A DNA stretch of 64,000 bases, taken from IMG/VR virus record IMGVR_UViG_3300028920_000022, positions 124,001-188,000 of that record; one strand, written 5' to 3'. Shown here piece by piece: positions 18,718-28,284 of the stretch. The notes beneath the pieces were generated by a model. It saw only the letters and a list, made by a program, of their open reading frames with translations, was not told the DNA's origin and made no database searches. The first letter of the stretch is position 1; each line of letters starts with the position of its first letter. Both the position numbers and the translations under genes were made by a program.

Positions 18718-19134
18718 ATGCTTTTAAACCAAGCACAATATAAAGAACATGTTAAAATTTTAAATAAAATTGCTGAAGAAATAACAGATTTAATTACTAA
18801 AACTAAAAAAGAATGGGACTCAAAAGATTCCGAGGAGAAGGATAGTCTCCAGCGCGGGATTCATATGGGAAAATTGGGAGCACTGAACACCTGTTTACAG
18901 CTCTTTAGGAATAAGGCTGACGGGGCTTATAAAATTGAGATGGACGCAGCCGACCTCCAGGTCCTAAATCAAATTAAACAAATAGAGAACCAGTGTCTCG
19001 TTTTGTCAGACATCGCTCAGAAAACCACCGACACCTCTGCCCAAAACCTTATTTTAGATCAGGTTTCTTTATTCGAAGCCGTGATAAAGGAATTGAAATT
19101 AATTCTTCGACAAGTTGGTACAAAGAATGCTTAA
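18718..19134 (+). CDS. helical hypothetical protein
   Basis: 138-aa ORF, SD GAGG. Confidence 0.7.
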   Translation: MLLNQAQYKEHVKILNKIAEEITDLITKTKKEWDSKDSEEKDSLQRGIHMGKLGALNTCLQLFRNKADGAYKIEMDAADLQVLNQIKQIENQCLVLSDIAQKTTDTSAQNLILDQVSLFEAVIKELKLILRQVGTKNA

Positions 19135-19169
19135 CGTTTTCGTCGAGTTTCGGTTATGAAATTAATAAT

Positions 19170-19294
19170 CGCGCGGGCGCGCGGAAATACTTACGGAAGG
19201 ACTTCCGCGGAAGACAATACGTACTTACGTAATATAGATCTTATACTTAAGTATATTAAGTAGTATACGTATAGACACAACAGTTTACTGTTGT
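19170..19294. other. palindrome-dense intergenic element (candidate origin / protein-binding array)
   Basis: CGCGCG-GG-CGCGCG, CTTCCGCGGAAG, TACGTA-CT-TACGTA, AGATCT, TATACTTAAGTATA, TATACGTATA, ACAACAGT-TT-ACTGTTGT within 125 bp. Confidence 0.6.
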
Positions 19295-19327
19295 TAGCAG
19301 TTTTTGGATACAGCAAATTTGTTCAGT

Positions 19328-19642
19328 ATGTCCGACCCAGAATTGCTCCCAGATATTGACGAATACCTCGAAAGTATTCACGAAAATGCCCCAGTCGATG
19401 CTACAGGATTAACCGAATTAATATATAAAGTTCGTGCTTCTACTGGTTTAAGTAAAGATATTTGTACCATTTTGATTTCTTTATTCTTTCAAGAGATTCG
19501 AAATCAGTTATTAAGAGGTAATAGCGTTTATTTGAAAAGGTTCGGAAAGTTCCAGATGAATAAAGATCCTACAAAAGTTTTCCCAAAATTCAAAACTTCA
19601 AAATGGTTGAGGCATAAATTAAATGGTAGAGATCCAGGATAA
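19328..19642 (+). CDS. HU/IHF-like DNA-binding protein
   Basis: ELIYKVRASTGLSKD...FFQEIRNQLLRGNSVYLKRFGKF...PKFKTSKWLR. Confidence 0.75.
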   Translation: MSDPELLPDIDEYLESIHENAPVDATGLTELIYKVRASTGLSKDICTILISLFFQEIRNQLLRGNSVYLKRFGKFQMNKDPTKVFPKFKTSKWLRHKLNGRDPG

Positions 19643-19892
19643 GGATATTACTAACGCAACTTCTGCTGTTTTAATTAATTGCGTGGTAACGTTTAAAATG
19701 CTGAAGATCAACAAACCTTTAGCAATTAAATGTATGCAAGAGTTGGTAAAACGTAGAGAAGCTGGAGAAGAATTAGATTATGAGAACATAATCGATCAGA
19801 AATTAAAAGAATGGCAGGCAAAGGTTGTTAAACCAAGATCCTTGAAAACCCCTCAAGATTTTGCTAAGTTGTTCGCAAAAGACAATGACTGA
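19623..19892 (+). CDS. hypothetical protein
   Basis: 89-aa ORF in operon. Confidence 0.6.
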   Translation: MVEIQDKDITNATSAVLINCVVTFKMLKINKPLAIKCMQELVKRREAGEELDYENIIDQKLKEWQAKVVKPRSLKTPQDFAKLFAKDND

Positions 19893-21093
19893 ATTATTAG
19901 TACAAAAATATCTGCGATCTGGTAAAACCCTTGATGATCTTTTTCAAGAGCATGGGGTGAAGTCTTATATTTCGAATGGGAAAATAGGATTAAATTATAG
20001 TCAGCTGGAAGCTAAAGGATCTGATCCGTTGGCATGCGAATGTCGCGGATTGATCCTGGAAGAGGGAAGCTTTAATATAATTGCTTGCCCTATGTTCCGA
20101 TTTTTTAATATGGAACAGAAAGAAGTGGCTGCAAAGATCGACTGGAACACTGCCGGCTATTACGAAAAATTGGACGGAAGTTGTGTAAACGTTTATAATT
20201 ACAAAGGAAAATGGCAATGTGCTACTCGGGGGCGTCCAGAAGCTGACGGAAATATTGATGGAGGAGAGTTAAAGTTCTCTGATTTGGTGGATGCCACGAT
20301 CCGATTTATGAGGTTAGGTAAGAATCTCCATGAAGCAATGGAACGGCTGACGTCTTCAAATAGTATCGTAGGACTTTCTGAGAGAACGCTCAGCTTCGAG
20401 TTGACCTCTCCAGTGAACCGTATAGTCTGTAGGTACGAAACTTATTATATGACGCTCCTAGCAATTAAAAATAACAAGACCCTAAAAGAAGAGTCCCCAG
20501 AGCTGTGGGCTGAACGCCTTGGTGGGGCTTTTAAAACTCCGAAAAAATATTCTTTTAATAATATAAATCATTTGATTCAGGTAATAAAAGAATGGAGTCC
20601 TGAAGAACATGAAGGAATTGTTGTAAAAGACGCTAATTATAACCGAATAAAAGTAAAAAGCCCTCAATATTTAGCTTACAATCATTTGAGAGATTCGTTA
20701 TCTACGTCTTTGCGGGGATGTGTTGAGGTTCTTTTGTTGGGTAAGGATGACGATGTGATCCCAATGATGCCTGAGATCATTGCTAGGAGAATAACTTTAT
20801 TAAAACCGTTGGTAGCGGAAGTTTTCAGGCGTACTGAAAAAGATTATGCAGAATTGAAGGGAATAAATGATATGAAGACATATGCTTTGGCGGTCAAAGA
20901 TCGGCTTTGGCCGGCGGCCTTATTTGCATTAAAGCGAAACAAAACCCCAGATTTAAGAACGTTTTCTTTAGGGAGGATGGTTGGTTCAAAAATTCCTTCC
21001 AATGCGACTGCAAACATGTTAGAGTTGTGCCGCCAGGTGGATCCTGCTACCGTTGATGGTTTGAAATCTTTGGTGATAGAGCCTGAAGAATGA
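19885..21093 (+). CDS. T4 Rnl1-like RNA ligase
   Basis: ECRGLIL, FRFFN, motif I EKLDGS, FEL, EGIVV, KVKS..Y. Confidence 0.9.
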   Translation: MTELLVQKYLRSGKTLDDLFQEHGVKSYISNGKIGLNYSQLEAKGSDPLACECRGLILEEGSFNIIACPMFRFFNMEQKEVAAKIDWNTAGYYEKLDGSCVNVYNYKGKWQCATRGRPEADGNIDGGELKFSDLVDATIRFMRLGKNLHEAMERLTSSNSIVGLSERTLSFELTSPVNRIVCRYETYYMTLLAIKNNKTLKEESPELWAERLGGAFKTPKKYSFNNINHLIQVIKEWSPEEHEGIVVKDANYNRIKVKSPQYLAYNHLRDSLSTSLRGCVEVLLLGKDDDVIPMMPEIIARRITLLKPLVAEVFRRTEKDYAELKGINDMKTYALAVKDRLWPAALFALKRNKTPDLRTFSLGRMVGSKIPSNATANMLELCRQVDPATVDGLKSLVIEPEE

Positions 21094-21509
21094 CAGTACA
21101 AATTTCTCCTAGATTTCTTGAAGAGAACAATTATAAAATAAAAATACGAACACATATTATTGATAATTTCAAAAAAGATGGGGTATTTCATAATAATTTT
21201 GGGGTTAAAAAGAAGGCTGATCCACACTGGGTACACATTCCTCCATTTCAAATTGATCGTGCGGGAAATGCTTTACCTTACGGAAAAACAGGTGATCATT
21301 CCATCCTAGTTTCCGAGGTTTTTGATATTGTTGAGCTAGATTTAAGATCAGTGGCTGAGTCGTCGTACAATCTAAATAATAGAAACGAAGTTACGGTTAA
21401 TTTAGTAATAGAAAGTCCGGACGGAATTCATGTCACACAGGTGGGGATGGCATCTCCGGCAGATGATACGCCATTATTCAACAATTCTAACACATTTTTC
21501 CGCACCTAA
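21090..21509 (+). CDS. hypothetical protein
   Basis: ATGA-coupled ORF. Confidence 0.65.
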   Translation: MTVQISPRFLEENNYKIKIRTHIIDNFKKDGVFHNNFGVKKKADPHWVHIPPFQIDRAGNALPYGKTGDHSILVSEVFDIVELDLRSVAESSYNLNNRNEVTVNLVIESPDGIHVTQVGMASPADDTPLFNNSNTFFRT

Positions 21510-21515
21510 AAACAC

Positions 21516-21800
21516 ATGTGTGATTCAGATCACATCATTTTCACAGACTTTTTAAACCAATTGGGACCCTGCAACGTACTTGCTGTACGGTCCCACCAAT
21601 GGTTTTTTAAGCACCATAGTTACAACTGGGTTAAAGACACTCAGTTGTATTCGTTTGAATGTATAGAATGTGACGCTAAAATAACATTAAATAGTTTGTC
21701 GGATATTGAGTACACGAACATTCAGCGCTTTACTGACAACGGATCTCAGTTTTTGGGATGTAAAGAGTTTCCTGTAGCGGATATTATATTAAATGACTGA
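21516..21800 (+). CDS. zinc-finger microprotein with degenerate C-terminal tag
   Basis: HHSYNW..CIECD..LGCKEFPVADIILND. Confidence 0.6.
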   Translation: MCDSDHIIFTDFLNQLGPCNVLAVRSHQWFFKHHSYNWVKDTQLYSFECIECDAKITLNSLSDIEYTNIQRFTDNGSQFLGCKEFPVADIILND

Positions 21801-22203
21801 AGAAGATCTTAAATGTGACTGTAAAACAGAGATTGAATTAACTCTGCATATAGATGAGGACGACGATATTTTTGTAGAATATTGGGATCCAGATTATTTG
21901 GCTAATCTGTTTCCAAAAACTTTAAAGAAATTGCGAGATGATTTTGGGGAAAGTAGTATTTCTGCTACAAAAATAATAGAAAGTGACAGCACAAAACTTC
22001 GCTTATTCTTTAAAAAAGGAGTTCATTTAGTTTTAGAACTTTATCCACATTGGATATCGGTACAAGTAGAGCATGGTAAAACTAAAATACCTTATAATTA
22101 TTTGAGAACTTTTGAGGTAGATGATTTTATTTGTAATTATATTAGCAAATGTGATGAGTATTTGACGCCGGAAGAAATTGCGATAAGGGATGTGATTGTG
22201 TGA
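21793..22203 (+). CDS. hypothetical protein with C-terminal tag
   Basis: Ends LTPEEIAIRDVIV. Confidence 0.7.
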   Translation: MTEEDLKCDCKTEIELTLHIDEDDDIFVEYWDPDYLANLFPKTLKKLRDDFGESSISATKIIESDSTKLRLFFKKGVHLVLELYPHWISVQVEHGKTKIPYNYLRTFEVDDFICNYISKCDEYLTPEEIAIRDVIV

Positions 22204-22481
22204 GAAAGATCGTCATAAATTCTGTTCAGGAAATGGACGAATGGCTTTCTAATCATCCTGACGCAAAGATGGTTAAAAGAACTGTTAATGATGGAAGTCC
22301 TTACGCTCATGTTCGTTTTATTTCTAAAACAGAAGATGTGAGTTGCCAACTTGGTATGGTGTTATGTACACAAAGTTATTATGCTAGAAAATTAACACAA
22401 GCTTTAGAAGAAGCATCGGAACATGGGGTAGATATTAATAAAATATTGAACGAGTTTTGTATAAAGGACATAATAGAATGA
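22200..22481 (+). CDS. hypothetical protein with C-terminal tag
   Basis: QEMDEWLSNHPDA; ends NEFCIKDIIE. Confidence 0.7.
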   Translation: MRKIVINSVQEMDEWLSNHPDAKMVKRTVNDGSPYAHVRFISKTEDVSCQLGMVLCTQSYYARKLTQALEEASEHGVDINKILNEFCIKDIIE

Positions 22482-22783
22482 TGAAAACAAGAAAAGTAAC
22501 TGCTCAAGAGTTAGATGAGTGGTTGCAAAATCATCCAGACGCCTATGTGTCAGATAGCGGGGATTTTGGTTTTTATTCTGATTGGGCGAATGAGTTGGTT
22601 TTGTGCGAGATTAACGAATTTTGTAAATCAAGTTTGGCTTCTAAAATTAGAGAAAAGTTCAAAGAAATAGCAGAAACTCAAGCATGTTAAGAATTACAAA
22701 ACGCGCTTAAAAGAGCAATGAAACTAAACTTAGATGTTTTTAAGATTGTAGATGAAGTAACGATAGAGGAAGTTATTAAATGA
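22478..22783 (+). pseudogene. paralog of 22200-22481 interrupted by in-frame TAA at 22688-22690
   Basis: QELDEWLQNHPDA; frame continues ELQNALKRAMKLNLDVFKIVDEVTIEEVIK to TGA overlapping the AAA+ start. Confidence 0.7.
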
Positions 22784-24084
22784 CCACAATTGCACAAGCA
22801 AAAGAACGTATCTTAACCAAATTGGATTGGGATAATACAGACCTAAGTTATCCGGTTATTTTGTGGGGTCCGCCGGGATTGGGGAAAAGTTTTTTGGTAG
22901 TTTCTCTTGTGTGCGAACGCATGATCGAAGATCTTAAAAAAGAATACTACGAAAAGGCTAAAGACATTACCGACAAAGAAGGCGAAGAATATCAAAAATT
23001 AACAGCAGAATTAGAAAGAAAACTCAAACTGCTTAATTTTGATGATATTACACACGAATTATTGGAGTTTATTGCGCCTCATTGTTTGGTTCTACGGTTA
23101 GCAGAACGTCCCATCGAACAGCTACAGGGTGTAGTTGTGCCATCAATGTCCGACAAGGATAATTTTGCCAGGTTTGTTATGCCAGAAAACCTAGTAAAAC
23201 TTAAGGAAAGCAAATGGGGAATAGTGTTTTTAGATGAGCTAGATAAGGCTAGCGATTCTAAATTCGGTGCAGCTACCCACATTCTAGAGAATAAAGTGGT
23301 TGGAGATCTTCAGCTTGGCAAAGGCTGGTATGTAATAGCAGCAGCAAACCGGGAAGAGGATTCTCATTTATCCAACCCAATTCCTCCGGAGCTTCGCAAC
23401 CGTTGCGCCAATATTGAAGTCGAAGGAGATTTGAATACTTGGATTAAATGGGCAGTTAAACATAATGTTCGCAAGGATATTATTCTATTTCATAAATTTA
23501 AGAATGGAGAATGGTTATGTAACTATGATCTTGAACAAACATATGCATTTCCTACCCCGAGATCTTGGGTGATGGCGAGCAGAACCATAGATCGGTTGCA
23601 GAAAAAACTTAATCCAAAACCTGACGACATTAAAGCCATGGAGAATTTCGATAATTTGGTTAGATATGAACTGATGGATTTCGTTGGCAAACAAGCTCAG
23701 GCTGAATTCTTCCAATACCGAGAAGCATATTTGAAATTTAATGTACAAGAGATTTTGGATGGAAGAAAAAGGATTGCTACCAAGGATAATTGCCCAAACG
23801 AAACCGTTCTAATAAGCGATCAATGTATTGCCGCATTTGCTATGGCAGATCAGGTCACTCCAGATATGTTGGGTAAAAAGGGAGACGAATCTCAAGCGTT
23901 TAAATTTCAAGCAGATTCGTTACGGATGAGGAATTTAACTCAGTTTATTGGTGATTTGTTACCAGAAATTCGTACCATATATCTACAACAGATTCATACT
24001 ACTAGGATAATGAATATTATAGCAGATTCTGGTTTGGCGGATGATATCATGGAAGATATAATCGAATACATAGCGGCGGCATGA
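22780..24084 (+). CDS. MoxR-like AAA+ ATPase (second copy)
   Basis: GPPGLGKS, VFLDELDKA, AAAN, LRNR, FPTPRSW. Confidence 0.9.
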   Translation: MTTIAQAKERILTKLDWDNTDLSYPVILWGPPGLGKSFLVVSLVCERMIEDLKKEYYEKAKDITDKEGEEYQKLTAELERKLKLLNFDDITHELLEFIAPHCLVLRLAERPIEQLQGVVVPSMSDKDNFARFVMPENLVKLKESKWGIVFLDELDKASDSKFGAATHILENKVVGDLQLGKGWYVIAAANREEDSHLSNPIPPELRNRCANIEVEGDLNTWIKWAVKHNVRKDIILFHKFKNGEWLCNYDLEQTYAFPTPRSWVMASRTIDRLQKKLNPKPDDIKAMENFDNLVRYELMDFVGKQAQAEFFQYREAYLKFNVQEILDGRKRIATKDNCPNETVLISDQCIAAFAMADQVTPDMLGKKGDESQAFKFQADSLRMRNLTQFIGDLLPEIRTIYLQQIHTTRIMNIIADSGLADDIMEDIIEYIAAA

Positions 24085-24527
24085 TGGCTCAAATATTAAT
24101 CCCTTGCAAAGAATGCGACGGTACAGGTTTAGGGATTTATCCTAACGAATGTACTAATTGTAACGGTACAGGAGTAGCTCAACAAGTTTATGACACAACC
24201 ATAAAAGAATGGTTTGATGCATTCAAAAAAGAAGTGGATGATGTTAGATTTGAAATTAAGGAACTAAAAAAGGAAAACAAACAATTAAATGAGTTGATAT
24301 TATGCCTTTTGTTAAAGGATATGGATGAGGATTCGGTTTTTAAGATAAAAAGAAGGATAGACCAAAGTTTAGATTATGAAAGTCGATACAGACCCTACCC
24401 TTCCGATCATGATCCTGGATTGTTGTTGGGGTATAAATTAGAAATAAGCAATGGCAAAATATTAATTCGTTTTGTTGATAGTAATTTAACACTTGAAGAA
24501 GAGATTGCTAAGGAAATAATAGAATGA
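24081..24527 (+). CDS. DnaJ-type zinc finger + coiled coil with C-terminal tag
   Basis: CKECDGTG..CTNCNGTG; ends LTLEEEIAKEIIE. Confidence 0.75.
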   Translation: MMAQILIPCKECDGTGLGIYPNECTNCNGTGVAQQVYDTTIKEWFDAFKKEVDDVRFEIKELKKENKQLNELILCLLLKDMDEDSVFKIKRRIDQSLDYESRYRPYPSDHDPGLLLGYKLEISNGKILIRFVDSNLTLEEEIAKEIIE

Positions 24528-24823
24528 CAACATTACTTCCGGACGGTTCTGCTTTTTGTTGTGGTAGTTTTCCGCTTCCGAAAGGACATTGGTTGTATAA
24601 AAAAGGACATAACAAACCACCTATGCGGTTTCGTTTGGGAACGGATCATCCTGAACATAAAGCATGGGAACAGTCGGTAAAAGAAGCTGCTAGATTTACA
24701 ATTAGAGCGGCTACAATGAACGGAACGGACAACGATTTTGATCCGGATGCCATGGTTCAGATGTTTATTATAGGAATGATTGGGTATTATACTCCGGACG
24801 GGAGAAGCTCAGAGGATATATGA
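24524..24823 (+). CDS. hypothetical phage protein
   Basis: LPDGSAF..SFPLPKGHWLY..ATMNG..DFDPDAMVQ. Confidence 0.7.
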   Translation: MTTLLPDGSAFCCGSFPLPKGHWLYKKGHNKPPMRFRLGTDHPEHKAWEQSVKEAARFTIRAATMNGTDNDFDPDAMVQMFIIGMIGYYTPDGRSSEDI

Positions 24824-25002
24824 CAAAGGTAGAATCAGAAGAAATGGTTGCCAAAGCTTTAATGACCGAGGAAGGCAAACAAGCTTTACGACCAATTATC
24901 GAAGAAGCTGGAGCAATTTTTGCCGATATGTATCCTGAAGGTTCTTTTGGATACCATTTAGGACGAGCTGTGGCGGGGTTGCCGCCTAAGGGTTTAAAAT
25001 GA
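24820..25002 (+). CDS. small hypothetical protein
   Basis: ATGA overlaps at both ends; SD GAGG. Confidence 0.55.
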   Translation: MTKVESEEMVAKALMTEEGKQALRPIIEEAGAIFADMYPEGSFGYHLGRAVAGLPPKGLK

Positions 25003-25346
25003 AAAATAAAAGCGGTGCAGAATTAATTGCAGACGAAAGAAAACGACAGGTTGAGACAGAAGGTTGGACAGCTGAACACGACGATAATCATTCTTATGGA
25101 GAATTAGCTATTGCGGCGGTTTGTTATACAGCTGCAGGCGCGGGTATTGAAGTTTTTCAACATTGTGAGACACACAAACCGCAACATACGTTTATTGACC
25201 CTTGGCCATGGGAAAAAGAGTGGGATAAACGTTTGGAATATGGTAGGTTGCCATCTTCTACTGACGAAAAACGTGATTTGTTGATCAAAGCTGGGGCATT
25301 AATTGCTGCTGAAATTGATAGACTGAATAGGATTCAAAATGTATAG
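24999..25346 (+). CDS. conserved phage protein (ERxRQ..EGWT.EHDD family)
   Basis: IADERKRQVETEGWTAEHDD..GELA..WPW..LIKAGALIAAEIDRL. Confidence 0.75.
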   Translation: MKNKSGAELIADERKRQVETEGWTAEHDDNHSYGELAIAAVCYTAAGAGIEVFQHCETHKPQHTFIDPWPWEKEWDKRLEYGRLPSSTDEKRDLLIKAGALIAAEIDRLNRIQNV

Positions 25347-25581
25347 ACACTATCGATACACTACATCATATCCTTTAGGAACAGATCGTGGCAGGGCGCC
25401 CACGTTAGCTCGGTTTGAGCGAGATACTTCCGAATTATCTGACGATTATACTTTTGATTGGCAACGCCCTAAACGTTTTGGTAATGGTTGGTGGCTAGCA
25501 GTAAACAATTCTACCGCAGAGGAAGATTATTATTTTGATTTTGAAGCTGATTGTTGGCTGCCTACTAAGGATGATCGATGA
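25339..25581 (+). CDS. hypothetical protein
   Basis: Overlapping operon ORF. Confidence 0.55.
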   Translation: MYRHYRYTTSYPLGTDRGRAPTLARFERDTSELSDDYTFDWQRPKRFGNGWWLAVNNSTAEEDYYFDFEADCWLPTKDDR

Positions 25582-25922
25582 AAAAGCGTTTGCGAAAAAA
25601 GAAGAGAGTAGGAGAGTTTCGCGAGGATGGTTTTCGTATTCTGGCGGAAGTAAATGTTACAAATAATTCTCCAGAGAACCTACAATTCGTGGATGATTTT
25701 ATTGAATTTATGGTGAACAGAAACCTTGGTATTGGCGGAGGTATTGGTGACAAAGTGGATGTTTTCTGTGCATATTTAGGGCGCGGAACATGTACCGAAG
25801 AAGATCGTCAAACTGTTATTGAGTGGCTTAAAAACCAACCTTTAGTATCGCGATTTAAGATTGGACCTCTTATAGATGGTTGGTACTTTACAGATGAAGA
25901 ATATGAATTGGTATTAGATTAA
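25578..25922 (+). CDS. yggL: YggL (DUF469) family 50S ribosome-binding protein
   Basis: KRLRKKKRVGEFREDGF..FVDDFI..GGG..GTCTEEDRQTVIEWL..GPLIDGW. Confidence 0.85.
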   Translation: MKKRLRKKKRVGEFREDGFRILAEVNVTNNSPENLQFVDDFIEFMVNRNLGIGGGIGDKVDVFCAYLGRGTCTEEDRQTVIEWLKNQPLVSRFKIGPLIDGWYFTDEEYELVLD

Positions 25923-25948
25923 CATGGTGAAATTATTGCATATATTGT

Positions 25949-26110
25949 ATGAGCGAATGGGAAGTAACTCGTCATTATATTTCCGATGTTATGTTACCAA
26001 TGCCGAAGGTGGTAATGTGGACACGAAATATTAATTTTATGATAAGCTGGTTAGAATCGTATGTCGAGGCAGTAGATTTAGGTGTAGTTAATCCAGACTT
26101 TAGACCATAA
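25949..26110 (+). CDS. small hypothetical protein (53 aa, not in ORF track)
   Basis: Hand-translated MSEWEVTRHY...NPDFRP fills gap. Confidence 0.4.
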   Translation: MSEWEVTRHYISDVMLPMPKVVMWTRNINFMISWLESYVEAVDLGVVNPDFRP

Positions 26111-26121
26111 AGGAAATACAA

Positions 26122-26838
26122 ATGGGTTATATTGAGAATCCTAAAACTGTTGGTAGTGGAATTTTGTGTGCAATCCCGCAAACTGGTGTTTGTCCCGTGG
26201 GTTGTCCCGATTGTTTCTTCCAATCGGGAAGATCATATCTCGAACCGTTGGATGAAAACTTACCCAACCTTCCTCCATTAAACAGAACCGCTGGGAAAAT
26301 TGTTAGATTGAACGATGGTAATGATTCTAATATACAAAGGGAGGAAGTGGAAAGGGTTGCCGAGCTGTACGGGGCAGCGTTTTTTAATACCTCCATACCA
26401 AAACGGTTAGCAGAGTTTAAAAAACCCGTAGTTCTTACAGTTAATCCTGGTAATATGACTGATGTTCGGGCACATTTAGTTGATCCTTGTCCCCAAAACC
26501 TAATGTTTGTTCGTGTAAGAGTAAATACTTGGAATTTAAGTTTGGTAGATAAAGTTGTGGCACATTATTCGGAGAGAAAGGTGCCAACGGTTTTGACGTT
26601 TATGGCTCATTACGAAGGATTTATCCCAGCAGATCATAGGGATAATTATTCTTTTAGGAAGCGTACTTTAAATTCTTATTGGGTAATAACTCCTGAAGCT
26701 TGGGATAATATTGTTGCACGTTACAAGGACAATTCGTTGGTTTATACTTGTGGTAAAGACTCAAACACCCATGCTTGTAAGCACTGTGGCAATTGTTTGA
26801 GAGAATATTTTTCTACAATTTCTCGTTGTGACTCATAG
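26122..26838 (+). CDS. radical-SAM-like Fe-S protein (short)
   Basis: CPVGCPDC (CxxxCxxC); C-terminal CKHCGNC. Confidence 0.65.
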   Translation: MGYIENPKTVGSGILCAIPQTGVCPVGCPDCFFQSGRSYLEPLDENLPNLPPLNRTAGKIVRLNDGNDSNIQREEVERVAELYGAAFFNTSIPKRLAEFKKPVVLTVNPGNMTDVRAHLVDPCPQNLMFVRVRVNTWNLSLVDKVVAHYSERKVPTVLTFMAHYEGFIPADHRDNYSFRKRTLNSYWVITPEAWDNIVARYKDNSLVYTCGKDSNTHACKHCGNCLREYFSTISRCDS

Positions 26839-27031
26839 AACACCAAATTTCAAACTAGACGGGTTGGGAGAACATATTTTTGCGTCAGATGGCGAAATTG
26901 TTTTTCGTTTGCGCTGCATTAAATGTGGAAAAATAGTCTACAAAGTGCGCAACAGCGAAGGCAAGATTGAATTATGGAGCTATGATTCGCTAACTTGTGT
27001 GGAAGGTCAGATAAAGGATATAATAGAATGA
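26828..27031 (+). CDS. zinc-finger microprotein with C-terminal tag
   Basis: GEHIF..CIKCG..LTCVEGQIKDIIE. Confidence 0.75.
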   Translation: MTHRTPNFKLDGLGEHIFASDGEIVFRLRCIKCGKIVYKVRNSEGKIELWSYDSLTCVEGQIKDIIE

Positions 27032-27570
27032 CTTGCATTGTTGGTTTGGTTCATGGAAGTAGGGTCTATATTGGAGGAGACAGTTGTGGGGCGGCAGTGG
27101 AAAGGTATGATGTGGTTAGTAGAAAAGATCCAAAAGTATTCAAAGTAGGAAAGTTTTTATTTGGGTACACCTCTTCGTTTAGGATGGGGCAATTAATTCG
27201 TTTTTCGTTTAAACCGCCTAAGAACGATTGCAAAAATGATTATGAGTATTTGTGTACTAAATTCGTGGACGAGATAAGATCGGTTTATAAAAACGGAGGA
27301 TATCTAACCGTAGATAATTCTGTTGAAACTGGCGGAATATTTTTGTTAGGATATAACGGACAACTATATACGGTAGAGGATGATTTTGATGTAGGAATGG
27401 CTAATTTGGAGTATTATTCTATAGGCGCCGGAGCCAATTATGCTTTAGGGGCAATGTATCAGTCTGGATTAACTAAAAAGAGACCACAAGAAAGAATTAA
27501 AAACGCATTAGATGCTGCAGCTACGTTTAATGGTGCCGTTATGCCGCCATACAAGATACTTTGGGTCTGA
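27028..27570 (+). CDS. Ntn-hydrolase, HslV/proteasome beta-subunit-like peptidase
   Basis: N-terminal Met-Thr (MTCIVG), GGDS, KVF, SIGAG..YALGA. Confidence 0.8.
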   Translation: MTCIVGLVHGSRVYIGGDSCGAAVERYDVVSRKDPKVFKVGKFLFGYTSSFRMGQLIRFSFKPPKNDCKNDYEYLCTKFVDEIRSVYKNGGYLTVDNSVETGGIFLLGYNGQLYTVEDDFDVGMANLEYYSIGAGANYALGAMYQSGLTKKRPQERIKNALDAAATFNGAVMPPYKILWV

Positions 27571-27571
27571 C

Positions 27572-27931
27572 ATGGCTAAAAAAGGTGGAACAATTGATAC
27601 AAGGTGGGGACATCTTAGTGGTGGTAAGTTGTGGAAAGGACCTGACGAAGGACAAATATTCGGAATAGATGCAGAATTAGGTTTCAACTCCTACTATATG
27701 GGACCAACTTGGCGAGTAACCCGCTTTCCGTTTTTTGCCGGCATAACTGAACGATGTAGTGATTTTCTTTGGGAGTTATCTTTTGAATACAACAGAAAAA
27801 CACCCATAGACAAAGGATGTTGTTCTGAATGGAAAGACTGTAATACAGAATTAATACGTTCTGCTGGCAAGTTGCTCATAAATTTGGAATGGTTTTTGAC
27901 ACAATACAAAATATTGGACGTAATAGAATGA
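27572..27931 (+). CDS. hypothetical protein with C-terminal tag
   Basis: Ends LTQYKILDVIE. Confidence 0.65.
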   Translation: MAKKGGTIDTRWGHLSGGKLWKGPDEGQIFGIDAELGFNSYYMGPTWRVTRFPFFAGITERCSDFLWELSFEYNRKTPIDKGCCSEWKDCNTELIRSAGKLLINLEWFLTQYKILDVIE

Positions 27932-28284
27932 GAAAACTCAAGCTCATAATGAGTGATACTAACTTCACTAACGCCGTGGTCCATGATGAAAACGGTGAGG
28001 AGATTGGTTATATATCAGAAATAGCTATACGCCCCAAAAGAAGCATGATGTTTATTCGGGTAGAAGATAATATTTCCAGCACAGATATGGCTACTTTAAG
28101 AGACGTGATAAAGGAATCCTTACACGATGGCTCACCAGATCCTTTTGTTATTTGTACCAACCATTTGAATGTTGGGAAGATAACTTTAGACGATTATCAA
28201 GTGGATAATGCTAAGATTATAGCAAAACATGATGGGGAATGGCTAAGCGAAGAAGATGTAACCATCAAAGATATAATCGAATAG
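27928..28284 (+). CDS. hypothetical protein with C-terminal tag
   Basis: Ends WLSEEDVTIKDIIE. Confidence 0.7.
   Translation: MRKLKLIMSDTNFTNAVVHDENGEEIGYISEIAIRPKRSMMFIRVEDNISSTDMATLRDVIKESLHDGSPDPFVICTNHLNVGKITLDDYQVDNAKIIAKHDGEWLSEEDVTIKDIIE

Noticed and set aside
18993-19232. 79-aa ORF running into the palindromic region
   Set aside because: Overlaps 18718-19134 out of frame, no RBS, no motif.
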